DNA of 64,000 nt from an uncultured virus (IMG/VR IMGVR_UViG_3300046168_000009) (taxonomy: Duplodnaviria; Heunggongvirae; Uroviricota; Caudoviricetes; Crassvirales). The stretch lies in IMG/VR virus record IMGVR_UViG_3300046168_000009; one strand, written 5' to 3'. Below, one piece after another: positions 40,001-48,813 of this stretch. Below the pieces are notes generated by a model. The model was given only the letters and a program-made list of their open reading frames with translations. It was not told the DNA's origin and ran no database searches. Position 1 is the stretch's first letter. Each line of letters opens with the position of its first letter. The position numbers were made by a program, and so were the translations under genes.

Positions 40001-43000
40001 GCTTATAGATATAGGAGCTGAGCAAACAGCTTTAGGTGTAGATGTAATTGCTTTGGGTTCTGAAAATGTAGTTGACTTAGTAGGTTTAAATGTACTAAAA
40101 AATAACTTGCTTAGTGAAGCTGGCGTTACTCCTGATATGGATTCTAACCAAGCTCAAAACCAAATTGATAATTATAAAAAAGAAAAGTTAACTAACGTAG
40201 AGGCAGAAAGGTTTGATCAAAACTTAAACAGCTTAGATACAAACATAAACTCTATAAAAGAAGGTAATAAAAACTATGACAATGTAGAGACGTTGTTAGG
40301 TGATGCAGGTAGAAAAGCTAGATTAAACTTAGATGAAAACACTCCTAACTGGAACGGTAAACTAGATAAGAGACAAGAGTTAGCGCAGGTTGTAGAAGAA
40401 ATACATAGAATGGAGACTGAGTCTTATGTCAATAAGGCTAAAGAAGATACTGAAATACAGAAAGAGTGGGAGCAGTTAAAAGAAAATGCAGCTTCTAAAT
40501 ATGAAGGTGATAAAAGAAAAAAAGAATATAAAGAAAAAATAAACGCTTTACAAGATGCTTTCTATGCTCAAAGTGGTAGAGCTTTATTTGATCAAGACAC
40601 TAGAGTGGTAACTGTATCTAGTGATATAGACTTTAAGGCAGATCAATTAATGGCTCGTGAAAACATAGGCGCTTTAAAAATAATTGAAATACCTAACATA
40701 GAAGATCAGATAAGTTACTTATATACACTAGCTGAGAACGGTAAGATAAACCCTAAAGACATAAGTCTTTTCACGGATAAGTTAAAACAAGGTGGAAATG
40801 GTTTTATTGTAGACAATGAATATATTACAATAAATAAAGAGGCGGCAGATCAAGCTATGAAAAATGGAGACATTAGAGCTGGCGTTGTTGTATACCACGA
40901 GATCAGTCATGCTATAGATGAATCTTATTTTGATACTAAAGAAGAGTTTAATAAGTATACAGACAACCTCTACAAAGCCACATCGACTAGTGAAAACCCC
41001 GTATTAAGATCTTTAAATACAAAGGTTGAAAATGCTTTGTTAAGTAATGAAGAGTATTCAAATGATGCTAGAAATGATAAAGGCGAATTACTTCCTTTTA
41101 ACGAAAGAGGTGATACGTTTAAAATAGAATATGCTGCAGAAATGCAATCACTTAGCTATGCTTTAGAAAAAGAATTAAACTTAGAAGATACCTATGGTAC
41201 TCAAAATATACTAAGTAAGTTAGCTAATAGAGCTGGCTTTGGACTGAAAGTGAATACACCTGAAAAAGCTTTAAGTTATTTAATAGGAAACAATGCAGCT
41301 TTTAGAAGAGGTGAATTTACTTCTCAAGTTAGAGCAAAGGTAGGTAAAGAAGGTATTAAACCTAGACAAGGAGTTAATGACTCTAAGCAAATAGCTGATA
41401 GAATAAACATTAGATTTGAAGGTAAAGAAAACTTTAAACCTATTCTACCTAAGGACGTAGATACTATGGTTAATAAAGTTGCTAATAGAGCCTGGACTAG
41501 ATTTGGTAGTGGAGTACCGCTTAATATAAGAGAAGTACATTACAGTAGAAGAACATACTTAGATCATGCTAAAAGTAAACTTCGTGAGATAGCGTTAAAA
41601 TGGGATCCTTCATTAGGTACTTTTCCTAGTTTTATGGCAAATAGAGGAATGCAGAGAGCTAACGCATTTGCTACAGATTTGGGTGTTCCAAAAGGAAAAG
41701 CCAACGTTAGAATAGGTGAAGACAATGCAGCTGAAAACGTGCGGTCAACAGACAATACGGAAACTTTAAACAGAAGAGCCGAAGTAGAAGCTAAAGAAGT
41801 AAAACCTACTTTAAAAGAAAAAGTAAAGTTTTCAAATCAAGCAGAAGTAGAAAATAAACTAGAACAAAAACTAGGTAAGGAAATTAGATATAGATTACCT
41901 AAATATAATGCCGACACTACTACAAAACAAAAAACTGATTTTGTAAATGAGTTAGGAAAAGGAATGCAAGGATCTTTTAAAATTGTTATAGACGCAATGG
42001 GTGCTAGAAATAAAACCATAAATCTATACGAGCAATTTTTAAACGAAAACTATGCTACACTGTTAGGGCCAAACGGTCTTACAACTACGTATCTAGCAAA
42101 AGCTTTTCCTTTAGCTGTAGAAAAGTATGTTAACGGCATGGGTTGGGTTAAGTATGATAAATGGAAAGGTAGAACAAAAGGTAGTAAAGACGGGCAAGTA
42201 GATTTTTACAGGTCTACTGAACTAGGTCCTATGGCCGGTAGCACCGCTGGTAATCAAAAAATACGAAGAGTAAAAGATATTAAAAACGCTATACCTTTAG
42301 CTAAATTTAAATCTAAATATATTAAACTTGATAATGGTAAGTTAAAAATACCTCAAATGCCTACGGAAGCTTTAGCTAAACAAATAGCTCAAGAGATAGG
42401 ATTAGACATGTTTAATGAGCAGATACAAGATGTTGATAGTGAAATAAGAAGAGACTTTATAGAACGTCAAGAGTTTTTTGGAGCTGATATACTAGACAAC
42501 TACGTAGAGCAATTAATGTATGATGTTTCTAGACCAAGTGTTAAAGATCAACTAGCTTTATTTACTGATGGCGAAAGAACAGACTGGTTGGATAATAGAA
42601 CTAGGTTTTACGACGAAGTTAAAAGATTAAACCTACAAGAGTTAACTTCTACGCAGATTAAAACAAAATTAAAAAATGCTCATAAAGCTGTTTATGGTGA
42701 TAGGTTTACAAATGAACAACACATAGGTGTAGCAAATCAATTTGGTAACTTGCTTGTACCGCAAAGAAAAACAGGTGTATTAGAGACAGAACAAGAATGG
42801 TTTGATTATTTAGAAACTGTAATAACAAATATTGACAATGTAGAAAATGTTGTTAAATATACAGGCGCGGAGCAGGCTAATTCAGTATCTCTAAGAGATA
42901 TGAGTACTATGCAAAACGCTAGAGATTTTGTAGAAATTAATTTATACAAAGCTTTGAAAGCAAGTTATGGTTCTGAAAGAGCTTTAGACATGATGGTTGC

Positions 43001-46000
43001 TTTTGTTCCGCCATCTTTCAGTAATGGTATGAAAAAAGCAGGTGGTTTTACGCCTCAACCAAATAATACTTTACTTCGTAATCCTTCTAATATGAGTGTA
43101 AGAGCAGGTATATTTGGAGATATGTCTGACACTCTTAGATTAATTCAAAGAATAGACGACGGGGTTGTAAGTATTAGTGATAAAACTATAAAGTTTAACG
43201 ACGGTAGACCTGATAGAAAAGTAGACATAAATACTAGTGCAGATGTTTTAATGCAGTATGTAAATGGTAAGTTTGAAAAAAGTAAAGAAAACACTGAAGA
43301 CAAAGACGGTAACACAGTAGTGTCTTTACAAAATAAAAACAAATTAGATGCTGATTTAGCTTGGAATTTTTTCATAGACTTTATGAAGGCTTTGAATGCC
43401 TCGGGATTAGATAATAACACTACATCACTATTAATGGGTGTTATGAATGGTAGCAATAATAGCGCTCTTAGGTTAGCCGCTCCTGTATGGGGTAGATCTA
43501 CTAAAATGCCATATGACACTCTTAAGATACCTATGGTAAGAGATGGTAAGTTAGTAAAAAAACCTAATGGTGAACAAAAGTATGAACCTGCTTATAGATA
43601 TGAGCATGCTATACCTGCTAGAGCTGTTTTGTTTTTTGCGTATGAATCTATATTTAACGGTAACAAAGAAATTGATCTAGACTTACTTAAAGATGATTAC
43701 AGGGTTACTATTATTCCTGTTAAAGAAATGGACGATGTCTTAGGTAATACAGGTTTCACGCAGTCAATGCTTATAGGTTATCAACCTGGCAAGCAAGAGT
43801 GGTGGAAAAGATATTATAATATATTTACAAAAGGTAAAATGCCTTTTGGTTTACAGTCTTATGAAACTGGAGATGTTGTGGGTCAAGAGTTTGAAGATTT
43901 TTATAACTCAACCAACGGAACAACTGGTGTTTCTTTAAATGCTCAGCAAGTTATTGATAAAAATAACAATGCTGATATAGCGATGGAAAAAGCTAGACAA
44001 AGTCTTAAGGATTCTAAGAAATTAAAAAAGATTAGAATTTTTGATTTTGACGATACACTAGCTCAATCTAAGAGTATGGTTATAGTAAACATGCCAGATG
44101 GCAGTAGCAGTAGAATAAACGCTACTGAATTTGCTACAGATGCTGCTAGGCTAGAAAGCGAAGGAGCTGTCTTTGATTTTGCGGAGTTTAGCAAAGTAGT
44201 TGAAGGTAAAAAAGGACCTTTGTTTGATGTTGCTAAAAAAATAGCAGACGCAAGAGGTTCAGAAGATTTATTTGTATTAACAGCTAGACCTCAAGATGCT
44301 GCTGGACCTATACAAGAGTTTTTAGCTTCAGTAGGTTTAAATATACCTTTGCAAAACATTACAGGTTTAGCTGATGGTAAAGCTCAAGCTAAAGCTGATT
44401 GGGTTATAAATAAATTTGCAGAAGGCTATAATGACTTTTACTTTACTGATGACGCTACTAAAAATGTTAAAGCAGTTAAAGACGCTTTAGATGTTCTAGA
44501 TGTTAAGTCTAGAGTACAAATAGCTAGAGTTAAGTTTCAAAAAGATTTAGACTTTGAGTTTAATAAAATGATTGAACGAAACAAAGGCGTAAAAGCAGAA
44601 GCTAGATATTCTCAAGTTGTAGCTCAAAGACTAGGTAAAAATAAGAAAAGATTTAATTTGTTTTTACCGCCATCAGCAGAAGACTTTAAAGGTTTAACAT
44701 CTTACATGTTTGCTGGTAAAGGTAAGCAAGGTGAAATGGATCAAGACTTTTTTGATAAAGCTTTAATAAGACCTTACACCTCAGCTGTTGCGGCTATAGA
44801 AACTGCCAAGCAAAGAGTATCTAATGATTATAGAAACTTGATGGCTAACTTTCCTGAAATTAAAAAAGTATTAAGAAGCAAAATACCAGGTGAGCAATTT
44901 ACTTATGACGAAGCTGTTAGGGTTTATTTATGGGATCAAGCTGATTTTGAAATACCAGGTATATCTAATAGAGATAGAAACATACTAACTAAAATAGTAA
45001 GAGAAGATCCTAACTTGCAATCATTTGCTGATGGAATTCTTTTGATTACTAAAAAAGATACTTATGTTGAACCTCCTACTTATTGGCAAGGCCAAACAAT
45101 ACTTGGTGATTTAAATACTATAACAACAAAAGTAAATAGAGCAGAGTATCTATCTGAGTTTAATGAGAATGTAGATGTAATATTTAGCGAACAAAACTTA
45201 ACTAAAATAGAAGCTGTATACGGTTCTAGAGTTAGAGAGTCTTTAGAAAATATTATATGGAGAATGAAAAATGGAACCAATAGACCAAAAGGTAGTGACA
45301 GGCAGACAAACGCTTGGATGAATTGGTTGAATAGATCCATAGGTGCTATAATGTTTTTTAATAGAAGATCAGCTTTACTACAGTTAATATCTAGTGTTAA
45401 CTTTATAAACTGGTCTGACAATAATCCTTTTATGGCTGGTAAAGCTTTTGCAAATCAAAATCAATACTGGTCTGACGTAGTAATGTTATTTAATTCTGAT
45501 AAATTAAAGCAACGTAGAGCTGGTTTAAAAGGTGATATTAATGAAGCTGAAATTGCAGCTGCAGTTAAAGGTTCTAAAAACAAAATGAGTACCTTTATAA
45601 GTATATTATTAAGAAACGGTTTTGTATTTACTCAAGTAGCAGATAGTGTGGCTATAGCAACTGGTGGTGCAACATTTTATAGAAACAGAATTAATACGTA
45701 TAAAAAACAAGGGCTAAGTCAAACAGAGGCAGAGACCAAAGCATTTGAAGATTTTTCTAGAACATCTGAAGAATCTCAGCAGTCAGCAGATCCCTCTATG
45801 ATATCACAGCAGCAAGCTGGTATGTTAGGTAGGTTTTTACTTAACTTTCAAAACACACCTATGCAGTACACGAGGTTGATGAAAAAAGCTGGACTTGATT
45901 TGGTGAACGGTAGAGGCGATGCTAAAACTAATATATCAAAAATAGTTTACTACGGTATAGTTCAGAATTTAATATTCTCAACATTACAAAACGCCTTGTT

Positions 46001-46802
46001 TGCTATGATACCTGGCTTTGATGAACCAGACGATGAGCTAACTGAAGAAGAACAGTTAAAAAAATACGGTGAAGTATTAAGTAAAAAAGAAGATAGAATA
46101 GCAAATAGTATGATAGATACTATATTAAGAGGTTCTGGTGTAGGTGGAGCTGTTATATCTACTATTAAAAACGCTATAAGAAGATATAACTTTGAAGAAA
46201 AGAAAGGGTTTACAGCTGATCATACATACACGGTATTAGAGCTTGCAAATTTATCTCCAGCGTTAGGGTCTAAATTAAGAAAAATTTATTCTGCTATACA
46301 AACAAAGAAGTTTGAAAGAGATGTTATAGCTGAAAAAGGATTTAGTGTTACAATTGATGGTAGATTTCAATTAAGCCCGTCATATCAAGTTGTTGGTAGT
46401 GTAGTTTCTGGAGCTGCTAATATACCAATGGATAGAATGGTTGCAGAGATAAATGCTATTACAGAAGCTTTTGATAATAGAAATACTATATACCAAAGAG
46501 TAGCTTTAGCTTTAGGATTCAGAACATGGGATGTTAATTCTAAAATAGAAGAATTTGATTTAATAAAAGCAGATGCTAAAATTCGTAGAAAAGAAGAAGG
46601 TAAAATAAAAGCTAAAGAAACTAGAAAAAGAAAAGCTCAAGAAAAAGCAAGACTTAAAAAACTAGAAGAAGAAAAATACAATAACATGAGTGAGGATCAA
46701 AAGTTAGAGTATGATCTTAAGAAGGACAAAGAGTTTCAAGAAAAAATAGATAGCGCTATAGAAAAAGCTATGGAAAAACTAGATAAACTTTATAACGAAT
46801 GA
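37056..46802 (+). CDS. giant polyvalent ejection protein (zincin HExxH, sigma-2-like segment, EHxxP motif, HAD phosphatase domain)
   Basis: 3248 aa; YHEISH 40893-40910, WDPSLGTF 41601, YEHAIP 43599, IFDFDDTL...LTAR...FTDD 44037-44454. Confidence 0.8.
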   Translation: MYVNPETGQRYTYDELVGLAGGVELVDEYVNQNGLFEEGDVEEIETENIDFQQVTVPNAGASVVTDIDPAPENTELDLENISLASATDVFDEDPFKELKQAKANLAHFNNELFDPNNGRAGLAQRKKLEKLVKDAQTKIEQGDINLEIPETIIRKGNEEVILALQGEFSGIVFNDNSYFLDDKITANLGGDKVTLDLNPLTEKGEKEFFENYKKIQEYEKTIKAKNAFEQGAFSNIMNAFDSGALNVEDVNDNLKDTAYTFEPVEQEGLVIGYELKQNGQVVASDIFNQEIEGPVRIGNTDSIENYIAKNFTKEDLSKSMANMYPLLSTHLKTLDLEETKRIDAVNSKPDEELFDYDVLSGQFSKLADILKNKEYFTEAEQKAIDYMLKFSANPEGRGEYVDSGSMFTEDELVMLTPEEQLDYVRNLDFLDTMQFADEGVRIDNAALKEKLLNNNLWSNAIDYSVKTQREGAIAKAKQTAAESVMYDYDRRERELVRIGLLVQNAGYDIIKDEIKSEAKIIQNYNDTTSSIIEGEINLIANSLKDIPAKIGYTKTDGIVDNTLFFNLETTKELTEDQQQVYNEANARLITLQNTLGRLESDYKKTIENYVNHVAEASQFREDTNVVVGKDEEGKDVKRNILNEFGSVFKEYEIGSLVAKDFTDASYNIALALPTLFNSEWAINEQKALQRKEEYYKSSAAYDDAFGEGEFGLYSVRTLFQQAPNIILAIGTGSAGNALKLSDGLVKTSIASTFGVTSGTDMYRNLSVQADLLDMANKQVETLNSLWEAGRIDQFDYSQGLLDAEKTIAMGEMTPFQISAASVATGIIEGGVTRYIGSANNTFKFLKDVKGQGQINIYNLFNKPSLNAWGSFAIEGGKRIGGELVEENLIYGGTQGISESLILQRDADWSQFDDTTLATLITAGFANTSGIATSAITQMSATKKFREKINKATSEVQEMVNLMNGPGVSQNQRKTFTAAIKQKLIDIGAEQTALGVDVIALGSENVVDLVGLNVLKNNLLSEAGVTPDMDSNQAQNQIDNYKKEKLTNVEAERFDQNLNSLDTNINSIKEGNKNYDNVETLLGDAGRKARLNLDENTPNWNGKLDKRQELAQVVEEIHRMETESYVNKAKEDTEIQKEWEQLKENAASKYEGDKRKKEYKEKINALQDAFYAQSGRALFDQDTRVVTVSSDIDFKADQLMARENIGALKIIEIPNIEDQISYLYTLAENGKINPKDISLFTDKLKQGGNGFIVDNEYITINKEAADQAMKNGDIRAGVVVYHEISHAIDESYFDTKEEFNKYTDNLYKATSTSENPVLRSLNTKVENALLSNEEYSNDARNDKGELLPFNERGDTFKIEYAAEMQSLSYALEKELNLEDTYGTQNILSKLANRAGFGLKVNTPEKALSYLIGNNAAFRRGEFTSQVRAKVGKEGIKPRQGVNDSKQIADRINIRFEGKENFKPILPKDVDTMVNKVANRAWTRFGSGVPLNIREVHYSRRTYLDHAKSKLREIALKWDPSLGTFPSFMANRGMQRANAFATDLGVPKGKANVRIGEDNAAENVRSTDNTETLNRRAEVEAKEVKPTLKEKVKFSNQAEVENKLEQKLGKEIRYRLPKYNADTTTKQKTDFVNELGKGMQGSFKIVIDAMGARNKTINLYEQFLNENYATLLGPNGLTTTYLAKAFPLAVEKYVNGMGWVKYDKWKGRTKGSKDGQVDFYRSTELGPMAGSTAGNQKIRRVKDIKNAIPLAKFKSKYIKLDNGKLKIPQMPTEALAKQIAQEIGLDMFNEQIQDVDSEIRRDFIERQEFFGADILDNYVEQLMYDVSRPSVKDQLALFTDGERTDWLDNRTRFYDEVKRLNLQELTSTQIKTKLKNAHKAVYGDRFTNEQHIGVANQFGNLLVPQRKTGVLETEQEWFDYLETVITNIDNVENVVKYTGAEQANSVSLRDMSTMQNARDFVEINLYKALKASYGSERALDMMVAFVPPSFSNGMKKAGGFTPQPNNTLLRNPSNMSVRAGIFGDMSDTLRLIQRIDDGVVSISDKTIKFNDGRPDRKVDINTSADVLMQYVNGKFEKSKENTEDKDGNTVVSLQNKNKLDADLAWNFFIDFMKALNASGLDNNTTSLLMGVMNGSNNSALRLAAPVWGRSTKMPYDTLKIPMVRDGKLVKKPNGEQKYEPAYRYEHAIPARAVLFFAYESIFNGNKEIDLDLLKDDYRVTIIPVKEMDDVLGNTGFTQSMLIGYQPGKQEWWKRYYNIFTKGKMPFGLQSYETGDVVGQEFEDFYNSTNGTTGVSLNAQQVIDKNNNADIAMEKARQSLKDSKKLKKIRIFDFDDTLAQSKSMVIVNMPDGSSSRINATEFATDAARLESEGAVFDFAEFSKVVEGKKGPLFDVAKKIADARGSEDLFVLTARPQDAAGPIQEFLASVGLNIPLQNITGLADGKAQAKADWVINKFAEGYNDFYFTDDATKNVKAVKDALDVLDVKSRVQIARVKFQKDLDFEFNKMIERNKGVKAEARYSQVVAQRLGKNKKRFNLFLPPSAEDFKGLTSYMFAGKGKQGEMDQDFFDKALIRPYTSAVAAIETAKQRVSNDYRNLMANFPEIKKVLRSKIPGEQFTYDEAVRVYLWDQADFEIPGISNRDRNILTKIVREDPNLQSFADGILLITKKDTYVEPPTYWQGQTILGDLNTITTKVNRAEYLSEFNENVDVIFSEQNLTKIEAVYGSRVRESLENIIWRMKNGTNRPKGSDRQTNAWMNWLNRSIGAIMFFNRRSALLQLISSVNFINWSDNNPFMAGKAFANQNQYWSDVVMLFNSDKLKQRRAGLKGDINEAEIAAAVKGSKNKMSTFISILLRNGFVFTQVADSVAIATGGATFYRNRINTYKKQGLSQTEAETKAFEDFSRTSEESQQSADPSMISQQQAGMLGRFLLNFQNTPMQYTRLMKKAGLDLVNGRGDAKTNISKIVYYGIVQNLIFSTLQNALFAMIPGFDEPDDELTEEEQLKKYGEVLSKKEDRIANSMIDTILRGSGVGGAVISTIKNAIRRYNFEEKKGFTADHTYTVLELANLSPALGSKLRKIYSAIQTKKFERDVIAEKGFSVTIDGRFQLSPSYQVVGSVVSGAANIPMDRMVAEINAITEAFDNRNTIYQRVALALGFRTWDVNSKIEEFDLIKADAKIRRKEEGKIKAKETRKRKAQEKARLKKLEEEKYNNMSEDQKLEYDLKKDKEFQEKIDSAIEKAMEKLDKLYNE

Positions 46803-47224
46803 GAACGATAAATAAAATAATAGTACACTGTTCAGCTACACAAGAAGGTAGAGATTTAGATGCTGCAGAGATAAATCGTTGGCATTTAAAAAGAGGCTGG
46901 AACGGTATAGGTTACCATTATGTAGTTTTATTAGACGGTACTATAGAGTATGGTCGTAGTATATACAAACAAGGCGCTCATGTTAAAGGTGAAAATGAAG
47001 GTTCTATAGGAATTTGCTATATTGGAGGCGTTGAATCAGAGCGTGGGTCTAATGGCAAATGGATTGCTAAAGATACTAGAACACCAGAACAAAAAGAAAG
47101 TTTATTATTGTTAATTAAAACATTAAAGAAGATGCATGTAGAAGCTACAATACATGGCCACAACGAGTTTGCGGCGAAGAGCTGCCCGTGTTTCGATGCT
47201 AATAAAGAATACTGTAATATATAA
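46799..47224 (+). CDS. N-acetylmuramoyl-L-alanine amidase (T7 lysozyme-like endolysin)
   Basis: IIVHCSAT, IGYHY, GAHVKG.N..SIGICYIGG, HGHNEF..KSCP. Confidence 0.95.
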   Translation: MRTINKIIVHCSATQEGRDLDAAEINRWHLKRGWNGIGYHYVVLLDGTIEYGRSIYKQGAHVKGENEGSIGICYIGGVESERGSNGKWIAKDTRTPEQKESLLLLIKTLKKMHVEATIHGHNEFAAKSCPCFDANKEYCNI

Positions 47225-47234
47225 ATATTAAAAA

Positions 47235-47522
47235 ATGGCTTATAAAGTAAAAGGACCTGCTATAAAAGAAAAAGCTTACGAAAAGCAAAACAGGAAAATG
47301 CGTAAAGATTATACTGCTGAAACTGGTAAAAAACTAGGATCAAGACAAACGTCTGGAACTGGAAAGCGTAGAGTTTCTTTTGCTTGTAGATTTGCTGGTA
47401 TGGCAGGCGCAATGAAAGATGCTAAAGGCGAACCAACTAAAAAAGCAATGGCTTTAAAAAAATGGGGGTTTGGTAGTGTTGCAGCTGCTAGAACTTTTTG
47501 TAATAAACACAAAGAAAAATGA
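47235..47522 (+). CDS. basic hypothetical protein
   Basis: RRVSFACRF.GM motif; N-terminal KGPA. Confidence 0.75.
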   Translation: MAYKVKGPAIKEKAYEKQNRKMRKDYTAETGKKLGSRQTSGTGKRRVSFACRFAGMAGAMKDAKGEPTKKAMALKKWGFGSVAAARTFCNKHKEK

Positions 47523-48073
47523 GAGATAAAATTAGAGGAATAAAAGGATTCCATATGGGTGCGGCTAATCCTACACCACTAGATGAACTCAGAAGAAAAG
47601 ATGCGCCTAGAGGTAGTCAAGCTACTATATCCGCTCCTACACCTGAAGATAGTACTTGGCAACAATTTAAAACCTTTGTTAGTAATCCGTTTGATGGCAC
47701 TAGAGCTTTGGTAAACGAGGCAAGAGGAGATATAAGAGAAGCTTTTGGTTTAAGTGATCAAGGCGATAGAGATGGAGTTTATGGTAGTCTTACTAATTTA
47801 AGAAGAGCTAATGACTCGGAAGACCAACAAACTAAACAAGCTTTGAATAGATCAAGCACTTTTAATTCTATTTCTTCTATGGTACCAGCTGCTTTAACGG
47901 CTCAAACAGTTTCTGATGCTATTAGTGGTGATGTTGCTGCATTAGCTACTAAAAAATTAAACAAAATACCTGGTGTAAAACAAGTAATTAAAAATCCAAA
48001 GATAGCTAAAGATGTAGCTAAAACCGCCTACAACACCTTAAAAACAAATAAAAACGTAGTAAGTAAAACATAA
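47519..48073 (+). CDS. hypothetical protein with N-terminal GAAN motif
   Basis: MRDKIRGIKGFHMGAANPTP. Confidence 0.7.
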   Translation: MRDKIRGIKGFHMGAANPTPLDELRRKDAPRGSQATISAPTPEDSTWQQFKTFVSNPFDGTRALVNEARGDIREAFGLSDQGDRDGVYGSLTNLRRANDSEDQQTKQALNRSSTFNSISSMVPAALTAQTVSDAISGDVAALATKKLNKIPGVKQVIKNPKIAKDVAKTAYNTLKTNKNVVSKT

Positions 48074-48234
48074 TGGATATACAACAACTTAAACTCTACT
48101 TAATCAACGGATCAACTTTGGGCGTAACAACATTTACTAAAATAGAAATGGGATTAAAAATAGTTCTTTTACTAGTCACTATAGGCTATACTATATCAAA
48201 ATGGAAAGAAATTAATAACAAAAAAAATAAATAA
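48073..48234 (+). CDS. small holin-like membrane protein (53 aa)
   Basis: MDIQQLKLYLINGSTLGVTTFTKIEMGLKIVLLLVTIGYTISKW + basic tail. Confidence 0.6.
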   Translation: MDIQQLKLYLINGSTLGVTTFTKIEMGLKIVLLLVTIGYTISKWKEINNKKNK

Positions 48235-48237
48235 ATT

Positions 48238-48378
48238 ATGGGAAAATTATTAGTAAAACTAGGATTATGGATGCAAGCTTGTTGGTTAAAGCTAATGTGC
48301 AAATGGAATTGGTTAGTATCTAAATTAATTGTAGATGTTAAAGATTGTCCAGTAGCAAAATGCGTTTGTAAGAAATAA
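48238..48378 (+). CDS. small Cys/Trp-rich protein (46 aa)
   Basis: MGKLLVKLGLWMQACWLKLMCKWNWLVSKL..CPVAKCVCKK; fills the operon gap. Confidence 0.55.
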   Translation: MGKLLVKLGLWMQACWLKLMCKWNWLVSKLIVDVKDCPVAKCVCKK

Positions 48379-48380
48379 AT

Positions 48381-48731
48381 ATGAAAAGTATAAACCGTTT
48401 AAGGGGAGCAGCTAAAAGAGGCGCGGCTAATAAGTATAGTAATTTTGCACAAACTATACAAAGCGCTATTAGCGCTATGCCAGGAATGTCACCAACTCCT
48501 TTTGCTAGCGAAATTCCATTTTCTACTGAAATATCTGTAGAAGATAGACAAAAGCTTAATGATAAAGCAGACATACAAGTTGGAATAAATAACATAGAAG
48601 ATGTTATGAAAAATGAAGACAACTATAGAAAAAGTGGTAAAATGAAAGGTAAGGCTAAAAGAGAAATTAGAAAAAATCAAAGAGAAATAAAGCCTAAAAG
48701 AGAAGAATATAGAAAAAAATATGATGAATAA
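48381..48731 (+). CDS. basic protein with tandem N-terminal GAA motifs
   Basis: MKSINRLRGAAKRGAANKY. Confidence 0.7.
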   Translation: MKSINRLRGAAKRGAANKYSNFAQTIQSAISAMPGMSPTPFASEIPFSTEISVEDRQKLNDKADIQVGINNIEDVMKNEDNYRKSGKMKGKAKREIRKNQREIKPKREEYRKKYDE

Positions 48732-48777
48732 GGAACAAAGATAACTGGGCGTACCATACCCAAAAGTTCCTGTAACC

Positions 48778-48813
48778 GAAGGGGATCTCAAACGAGGTCC
48801 CCTTCATTGTTTT
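48778..48813. terminator. hairpin terminator between the convergent genome arms
   Basis: GAAGGGGATCTC-aaac-GAGGTCCCCTTC followed by attgttttt. Confidence 0.8.

Noticed and set aside
44037..44060. DFDD as a virion RNA polymerase catalytic loop (crAss-like DFDxD)
   Set aside because: Context IFDFDDTL plus downstream TAR and DD motifs is a HAD phosphatase signature, not DxDxD
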